Position numbers and translations under genes: made by a program. The notes beneath the pieces are model-generated. The model ran no database searches. It was given only the letters and a program-made list of their open reading frames with translations, and was not told the origin of the DNA. A stretch of DNA of 63,796 nucleotides, counting the filler, from Licmophora abbreviata (taxonomy: Eukaryota), in NCBI GenBank assembly GCA_900291995.1. It is 14 parts of 14 records of this genome, joined end to end, with 100 filler letters (N's around TTAATTAATTAA, not from the genome) between each part and the next. Parts side by side here need not be neighbours in the genome. Positions count along the whole stretch, not along the records: positions 54,862 to 57,572 come from OLMU01005731.1; positions 57,673 to 60,494 come from OLMU01005734.1; positions 60,595 to 62,525 come from OLMU01005735.1; positions 62,626 to 63,796 come from OLMU01005748.1; 10 more parts are not named here. The stretch is one strand, 5' to 3'. Shown here one piece after another: positions 56,090 to 63,796 of the stretch. Each line of letters begins with the position of its first letter. Within the stretch, counting starts at the first letter, position 1.

Positions 56090-57572
56090 TCACTTCTTGG
56101 ACTTGGACGCGGCTGTGAGGGCTTGATCTGCGACGCCCCGGCAACTAGCAAGTTCCTTCTTCACGCTAGCCAGCTGGTGCGCCATGAGATCCACCCTCTG
56201 GCACGACGCCTTCTTCTGGACCACGTGAAGGAGAATGGCGGGGGCAAGGTCTGGGTGTCCCCGAAATTCACAGGATCGTAGACTCTTCATGTACTGGTGG
56301 GCCGAAAGAGCTCCCCACAAGACCATCGAGCATCGCGCCGCCTTGCTCAAACTTGCGTCCTTGGCATCCACACCCACCGATCGCAGAGTGCCCAGTTTTT
56401 TGAAGATCTCCCTGACAATGTGAGCAACCAAGTCCCACGCATCTTTACTGGAGACTGAGTCGACGTCGATCAACTCCCGGTAAAACTGGTCCATGAACTG
56501 CGCCATGTCATCAAAGAATTCGACCGTCTGTCGCACCATTTCCTCGGTCAGGTCACGAGCCTTGACACCACCCGACCCCTGGAATGTAGCGCGGATAGAC
56601 TGAAGGGTCGACGTCCTGAATCGACTCGAGTGTGCTCGGAGCCGATGGAGCAAACCCTCTTGACGTCCAGGAGAATCCCAGGCTTCGTGGTTTGGGAGTG
56701 CCGGTAAGTTGGACTCGCCCGGAGCGCCCTTGATACCGAAGCAAGCCGGATAGATGATGCTGAATGAGGCTGTCAGCTTGTCTAAGTCCGCCCGCTTCGA
56801 CTTGAACTCTTCGTCCAACACATCCGATTCGTTCCGGTTGAGGTTCTGGTTGACTGGAGTGAGGAAGGAGACGATGTCGTAGAAGAAGCGTCGCTCAAGG
56901 TCCGGGATATGGTGAGTGACCCAGGCCTGAGCTTCGGAGAGAGATCCGAGGAAGAACGAGTCACCAAACGAAATTCCTTGGGAGTTGACGCGTTCCATCA
57001 ATAGGGAGTTTGAAGCGCGGAGGTCTCGAATCGTAGTCTCTGACTCCTCCACTCTCCGAGTGAGTTCTTTCATCTCGGCCTTCACATCAGCAATCCCCAA
57101 CGAATTCTCCACCATCGATTCAACTTTGCCCGGGACCCGGGCTTGCGTGACACCAGATCCGCCCGAATCCATCGGGGAATTGAACTTCCCCTGGCTATTC
57201 TGAAAAGCCTCCTCCAATCTAGCGTACAGCTTCTGCGCTGGGCCGGCTAAGATTCCGTCTCCCGTCAACTCAGAGGTCAGTTCAAAGGATCGCTTCCATG
57301 GCACCTCGCAGGTATCCACTAGCTCCGAGAAATCCTTCTCCAGACGGCCCAATTTTCCTTGGGTCTGCCCGGCGAGGTCTTGATTCGCTCTGATTGCTTC
57401 CGTCACCTTATGGATGGCTTGTTCCAAGTCGTCTACCTTTTCGTCAACGCCTCTGACGGAGTCCCACACAGTTGCTCCTGGAGGAGAGTATCCTTGAGGA
57501 GGCAACTTCCCGACCGTGTTTCCGAGCTGGCTTAACTTGTCCTCCAGGAAAGGATCATCTGGGAGGAGGTTG
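56090..57572 (-). CDS. Gag-like ORF1 of the YR retrotransposon, 5' end in gap
   Basis: More than 470 aa with coiled-coil segments and a helical C-terminal half. Positioned upstream of pol/YR. The gag call is positional. Confidence 0.65.
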
Positions 57573-57672
57573 NNNNNNNNNNNNNNNNNNNNNNNNNNNN
57601 NNNNNNNNNNNNNNNNTTAATTAATTAANNNNNNNNNNNNNNNNNNNNNNNNNNNNNNNNNNNNNNNNNNNN

Positions 57673-60600
57673 ATCTGACGAGTCTGACACACTTGCACGA
57701 ACCCGAGGTCGTCTTTTGTTTGAAACAGCGGTATGCAACCGACACTATTTACACGTACACAGGGAAGATTTTGCTTGCTTTGAATCCGTTTCGAGTTTGT
57801 CAGGATCTGTACGGAGAAAGCGTCATGCAGCGCTATTGGGATGACACGACCAGAGAACGACCACCGCCTCATATTTATGCGGTTGCACAAGATGCGTACG
57901 GGTCCATGTTACGAGCCATGGAACTAGGGGCCGAACGTTTCAATCAGTCTATTCTCGTCTCGGGGGAGAGTGGGGCGGGAAAGACAGAAACAACCAAGAT
58001 TATTATGAGATATCTTGCTGCCATGTCACGTCGACATGTCGCAACCGAAGACCCGGAACATCGCAGTGCGGCAGGGGACGGAACGGGGATCGAGTCGCAG
58101 GGTGAGTGTAGTGCTACACTCCTTGATCGCAAATTGAGTCACGAACTTAGCTCACACATGAATTCCCAGTGCTTCAATCGAATCCAATTCTGGAATCTTT
58201 TGGGAATGCCCGCACCGTACGAAATGACAACTCGTCAAGGTTTGGAAAGTTCATTGAGATACAGTTTCTGAAGTCTGGGTGCCTCGTGTCAGCATCGATC
58301 GAGACATACTTGCTGGAGAAAGTACGACTGATCTCGCAGGCGCCGGGCGAACGAAATTTTCACATTTTTTACGAGCTCCTGTCCGGCCTCCCGCAGAAGG
58401 AACGAAAGGAGCTTTGGATTGGGAACAAGACAGCAAAGGACTTCCGAATTACTTCTGTATCGGGGACGTTCGACCGACGGGATGAAGTGAACGATCGAGA
58501 CACATACCGGGATTTACGGAAGGCTTTGACGACGATCGGCTTCTCGCCATCTGAGCAAAGAGACTTGTTCAAGGTGGCATGTGCGATGCTGCACGCATCG
58601 AACTTGGAATTTGTTGAGACATCGTCGGATTCATCACATCTGGATCGATCGAACCAATCGCTGCGCCCAGCGCTCGACCTCCTTGGAGTCACACATGATG
58701 ATCTAGAAAATGCGCTCTGTCTTTGTGCCATCGAAGCCCGAGGAGAAATATTATACAAGAATCTAACTCTCGCAAAGGCGAGAAAGGCATTGGAAGCGCT
58801 CATCAAAGCATCATACGGGGCGCTTTTCACCCATATCGTCCAGAGAGTCAACAGTTCCATAACTCTCCATCCTAGAGAAAAGGATATGATGAATGGTTAC
58901 ATTCAGTCGGGGCAGGGGGCAATCAATTGTCTCGACATCTTTGGTTTTGAGAGTTTCAAGACAAACAGTTTTGAGCAACTGTGCATCAACTACTGTAACG
59001 AGGCTCTTCAGCAGCAGTTCAATCGATTTGTGTTCAAGCTTGAGCAAGAAGAGTACGAGCGGCAAGGTACGTGACTTTCTTGCGGTCTTGTGAGATATTG
59101 TTGCAATCGGCTGAGTCGACTGACTTCAAGGACCTTCTGTCGACTTCACAGGAATCGCGTGGTCGTTCATTTCCTTCCCGGACAACCAAGACATTCTTGA
59201 TTTAGTTGAAGGGAAAAAGCCAGCGGGTCTAATATCTATTCTCGATGAGAAGTGCCGGATCCCACAGTCATCTGATATGATGTTCGCACGGGCTGCCTAC
59301 GAAAAATGCGGTGATCATCCCCGTTTCGAGGCATCCAACGCTCAAAGGGCGTCTGGGGCGTTCTCAATTCACCACTACGCTGGGAAGGTAGAGTACGACA
59401 CAGCAAATTTTCTGGAGAAGAACAGGGACGAACTGTCAAATGAGGCAACGAATCTACTCATTACCTCCACTAACGCATTTGTATCGAGCCTCGGGAATTC
59501 GCTAAATGACATTCCGAGTAAGCTTATGCGGAGCCCGAGTCCGGTCGTTTCTTCTGTGTCGGAAGCAAGTAGCAGTGCCATGAGCGCAACAGGGTTGTCA
59601 GGTGGACATCTGCTGCGTCGCTCGTCGAGCTCGCTAATGCACGACAGCGTCGGTACTCAATTCGCAAGACAACTGCGCGAGCTTCGCTTTCGCATTGAAG
59701 AGACGACTCCGCACTACGTTCGATGTCTCAAACCTAATGATGACTTGGTCCCCGATAACTTCAATCCAGTTGTTATTGGCGACCAACTTCGGTGCGCGGG
59801 AGTGCTCGAAGCCATCCGAGTTTCGCGCGTGGGATTCCCACATCGCTACAGTCTGGACGGTTTCGTTGAGAGGTACCACATGCTGGCAAGTGATACGATG
59901 GCTCGCTTCTCTCATATTCGGAAAGGGAAAGACCTTTGCGAACTTCTCGTCAAGGCAGTGGGGATGCAGGTTGACGAAATGGAGCATCTTCAAAACGAGC
60001 CTCGAGATGAGAACGGAAACTCTTCAAGCCAGAGGTACGTGTCTCGATGCCAAAACATTGGGCAAGGTTTGTCGTTTCGTGTCACTGAAACTCTATCCCT
60101 TGTTTCTCTTTGATCTTCCTCTTACGCGACCAGTCTAGGGATACAAGTGGGGCGTGCCAAAGTGTTTATTAGGAAACAGGTGTTTGAGACGCTCGAATAT
60201 CTTCGTCGACTAAAGTCAGAAAATGCGGCGACGACCATGCAAACGTTCACCAGGAGATTCTTAGCTCGTCGGAACTTTCTTCGGTGTATGGCAGGAGTTG
60301 TCACATTGCAAACTTTCGTACGAGGCATCCAAGCATCGCAACTGGTCTCGCATTTGAGATTGAAGAGATCCGCCTTAATTGTCCAGTGTGCTTGGCGAAG
60401 AGTGTTGGCGGAGCGCTACTTTGAGGCAGCACTTACTGTCGCGCAGTGGGGCCAAGCGACGCGACGTGGGATCGTCGCGAGGGAGATTTGCGCANNNNNN
60501 NNNNNNNNNNNNNNNNNNNNNNNNNNNNNNNNNNNNNNTTAATTAATTAANNNNNNNNNNNNNNNNNNNNNNNNNNNNNNNNNNNNNNNNNNNNCGCGAG

Positions 60601-62525
60601 GGAGATTTGCGCATTTATGCTTATGGACTTTAAAGCTACCTGTATTCAGAAGACTTGGAAGAAACATGTCGCACTCAGTCAGTTCCATTGCGTGGTCCGG
60701 GGTGTAGTCTCCATTCAGTCTCTCTACCGCGTACAGGTTGCAAAACAGGAGCTCAGAGAGCGCAAGAAAGAAACCCTTGACCTTCAAAAAATGGCAGAAG
60801 AACGCGACAGATACCGACGCGAGACTGTTCTACTCCAGCGCGAGCTCCAGAAAAGTAAAGAACCATCACATGAGGTGGAGAGACTGAAACGCGAGATCGA
60901 GCTGCTGCATATCCAGCTCCGAAAGGCACAATTTAGCAATGGAGTACAGACTCTGGTGCACGAGTCACCTGCTGCATTGTCGGATGCCACCGTGAGGCAT
61001 GTTCCACAAGAAGCGGAACGATGGTCGCGCGCTCGGTCCCCAACGACTGCTGGTGTTGCGAGAGAAATTCCAGACAAGACTGTCTCTTCTCTTGGAATCC
61101 CCGGCCGAAGATCGGTCGATAGCAGGAAAACATCGCCTTCTCGGCAAAGCGCAGCGGTACCAAAAACACCCCCGCGTCCGCAGAGGTCGGATATATTTCG
61201 CAATAAAGCTCACACTCCCGCCCGCCACGAAAGATTGTCTTCGGCAGTGTCTGCTAGTTCAACGAGTCTTCTGGACGCCGACGAAGACTGTCAGATACAC
61301 CATGCCATCGAAGCGAACGTTGCAGGATCGCCACCGGAGCATAGCACGCCCCGGAGTCTACTGGTCGTATCTTCTCCGAGATCCGATTCATCACGCGATT
61401 CATCGTACGTTGGCGAAGCTTCGAACTTGAGGAAGGCTATTCTTGAGGGCAACGATAGCGACACTCAATTGGTTCTGGAAAGCTCGGCCCACTCAGATAT
61501 CTTGATAAACGACAATGATCAGAATGGCCTTTGCCCTATTCACGTCGCTGTCCTTGCATCGAACGAGCGTATTACAAAATATCTTCTTGAACAAGACGCG
61601 GCTGTAAATGTCCAGAATCTTCGCGGGAATACGCCTCTGCACATGGCGTCATCGGCTTCCATGGTACGGCTACTCCTGGAGCAAGGAAGGGCCAACCCCA
61701 ACATTCCGGATCTAGAGGGCTTCTGCCCTCTTCATGTGGCTGTTCAGAGGCTCGATGCAGAGTCTGTGCAGACTTTGCTTGTTCACAAAGCAGACGTGAA
61801 TGCAGCCGATCACTCTCGCTGGCATACGCCGCTGCACATGATCGCTCAGCCAGACACGACAGAAGACCATGTCTTCTCTGAAAGTATCCATGGTACTGCT
61901 GATGAGGTACCAGTACGCGGCCTAATTGCTCGAATGCTGTGCGAAGCAACCGACCCGTCGGAGCCTGATATTGATTTTCAAGACAAAGACGGGAATACAC
62001 CGCTCCATCATGCCGTCATGCTCCACACAGAAGACGCAGGCGAAGTTGTGAGTTCCTTCCTAGAACATGGATCCGCACCGAATATTGCGAACAGCCGTGC
62101 CCAGACGCCACTACATCTTCTTTGTCACAATGATTCGTTGCGAAAGCTGGATGCATTCCAGGAAATGTTGCATGATCTCTTGTTTCATGGCGCAGACCCA
62201 AACCAACCGTCCTTGACCGGGTGTACGGCTTTGCATCTGAGTCTATATCATCGCGACATCGACTCTGCCATTCAGCTCATCCATAACGGGGCCGAACTTC
62301 ATCTACTTTGGAGAAAGGTACGTACAAACTCGTCGCAAAAGAGCTCTTCGATCGCTTCGATTATCGGTCGCCTAACTACCTATTTATCTATCTTTTCGTA
62401 CTTCCATTGGTCCGCAGCCGAAACGATGGCAATCCTTTTGGGACGATATGGGAACCTCGGAGATACTTCCGCTCGACATGGTAGAGGACGATCATTCGCT
62501 CCATCGACTGCTTGCGGCAATCACG
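57673..62525 (+). CDS. Myosin heavy chain with IQ motifs, coiled coil and ankyrin-repeat tail; both ends in gaps
   Basis: P-loop SGESGAGKTE, ESFGNARTVRNDNSSRFGKF, LDIFGFE, NSFEQLCINYCNE, PHYVRCLKPN and QLRCAGVLE. IQ motifs and about 7 ankyrin repeats follow. Introns 58102-58169, 59067-59151, 60035-60133 and 62318-62417. Confidence 0.95.
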
Positions 62526-62898
62526 NNNNNNNNNNNNNNNNNNNNNNNNNNNNNNNNNNNNNNNNNNNNTTAATTAATTAANNNNNNNNNNNNNNNNNNN
62601 NNNNNNNNNNNNNNNNNNNNNNNNNAATCTGCTAACGTCGCATCGCTGGAGTATGATCACACATCATCATGGTCGTGAGATGAGTCGAGACATCTCTTTT
62701 TCTTCGCGTCTCACGACTACGTCACTCGTGACAGCGTCGTCCCGGGACTCGATTCATTTTTTCTTGACCATTCACGGGTATCTTCCGAGCGACGGACAGA
62801 TCTGACATTTCTTTTCTTCGCGTCTCGCGCGCCAATGGTTTTGTTTTGTTTTGCCACGCGACACTTTTCTGTTGTGATGGCTGTGGCAGCAATGGACC

Positions 62899-63796
62899 AT
62901 GAGGATGACGATGGGCCGTGCTGTGTACTCGCTCGTTTGGATGGCCGCTTGGGTTTATCCTGGTGATGCCTTTATTCATCCTCGACGACGCCAAAGTGTA
63001 TTTGACGCGTCGAGTCCCGGATCACGCCCGCAAAACTCCGGTCTGCGAAAGAAGAAATCTTCCCTCCATCACATCGCTCGCTACGGCCCGAATGACACCA
63101 ACCTGCCACCCAACACTATCCCTGATTTTCCCAGCAGTGACGGAGGAGAAACTTCAGATGGTTCTGAGCAAGAAGAATGGGAACGTGAGGATGAAGTACG
63201 TGTAGCACGTCAGCAAGTCGAATTTCAAGACCTCGTTCAAAATGTCCTAAAGAACACGGAGCCGACACATTTACCGTCGCTTCTTACCAAACACATGGAA
63301 TTGCTGCTGACAATGCGAGGATATGAGGGTGCCGAACTAATTAAGAATGTTCTGCGCGATGCTCGCGTTCAGGGTGGGGAAGATCAGGAACGAGCGACGA
63401 TGGATGCTGTCGAGTGCATTCTCTCGTTCGCAGAGGAGTTTGTGGATCAAGCGCAGAATGTCGACGGGGCCAACAAGGCGTTATTGGGAAAGATTATTCG
63501 AACCATGGCAAATCGAAAAGAAGGAGCAACAGCGCGCGATCAAGAGGAATTACTAGACGAGTTGATGGAAACTGAAAAGTCCAACTTTACACCAGGATTC
63601 TTGAAACATATCGAAGGGGAGTGCGATCGAATCGCGTCGGCGCCCGTCGTGACTCCCGAAAGCGCCCGGCTTTTGGAAGTGATGCGCTTAATTCAAGCGC
63701 GGGTGTTAGAAGAGCTAGGAGAGGTACGTGTCCACGGCTTTGGCCCTTGAACTTCGTCAGTTCAATTCTAAAATCACTTGTCTTCATGCGTTCGTT
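62899..63796 (+). CDS. Hypothetical plastid-targeted helical protein, 3' end outside the window
   Basis: Signal peptide ending GDA-F, basic/Ser transit peptide and helical body. Donor GAG|GTACGT at about 63724 indicates that the gene continues. Confidence 0.7.

Larger units (their letters stand above)
52805..57572 (-). mobile_element. Tyrosine-recombinase (DIRS-like) retrotransposon, partially assembled
   Basis: Order on the minus strand: gag-like ORF, in-frame ORF2, gap (where RT/RNase H would be expected), MT-like pol C-terminus, overlapping YR ORF. Intronless, with composition and overlap pattern unlike host genes. Termini and RT are not visible. Confidence 0.85.
3007..62625. other. Thirteen artificial 100-nt scaffold spacers: 3007-3106, 9499-9598, 11741-11840, 13968-14067, 25615-25714, 27927-28026, 35512-35611, 41733-41832, 52705-52804, 54762-54861, 57573-57672, 60495-60594, 62526-62625
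   Basis: Identical N-run/TTAATTAATTAA/N-run linker with stops in all six frames. Several have duplicated flanks, implying overlapping contigs. Confidence 0.98.

Noticed and set aside
3007..62625. Recurring TTAATTAATTAA palindrome that could be taken for a repeat array or CRISPR-like element
   Set aside because: Always centred in N-runs of fixed 100-nt length; it is an artificial six-frame-stop contig linker.
1..63796. tRNA, rRNA or CRISPR arrays
   Set aside because: None recognised by eye; a tRNAscan-SE/Infernal run would be needed to exclude small RNAs.

Overview
Gene-dense eukaryotic nuclear scaffold, almost certainly a diatom. Evidence: short GT-AG introns, bipartite ASAF-type plastid presequences, diatom-style SET, Hint and ankyrin families, and an ankyrin-tailed myosin. 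It is broken by 13 artificial 100-nt gap spacers (N44-TTAATTAATTAA-N44). About 28 host genes are supported. They include TFIIH p44, eIF3L, importin-7/8, a transportin-SR/importin-13-like protein, an SLC34 Na+/Pi cotransporter, a PPP phosphatase, SufE-BolA, an RCC1/ankyrin protein, a PPR protein, a sulfotransferase-like protein, a pectinacetylesterase/Notum-like esterase, a cytochrome c6-like protein and a myosin. The most notable items are four. (1) A tyrosine-recombinase (DIRS-like) retrotransposon at 52.8-57.6 kb, whose gag-like ORF is separated from the next ORF by a single in-frame TGA; that ORF begins with what looks like a degenerate C5 DNA-methyltransferase fold. (2) An apparently intronless SGNH hydrolase-vWA-PKD cassette of bacterial appearance fused to a Hedgehog-type Hint domain and a membrane tail, with a TGA at codon 3. 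(3) An F-box-like plus kinase protein with WNK-style lysine placement. (4) A tandem pair of secreted 12-Cys proteins with no recognisable family. All family calls come from motif recognition by eye; no searches were run.
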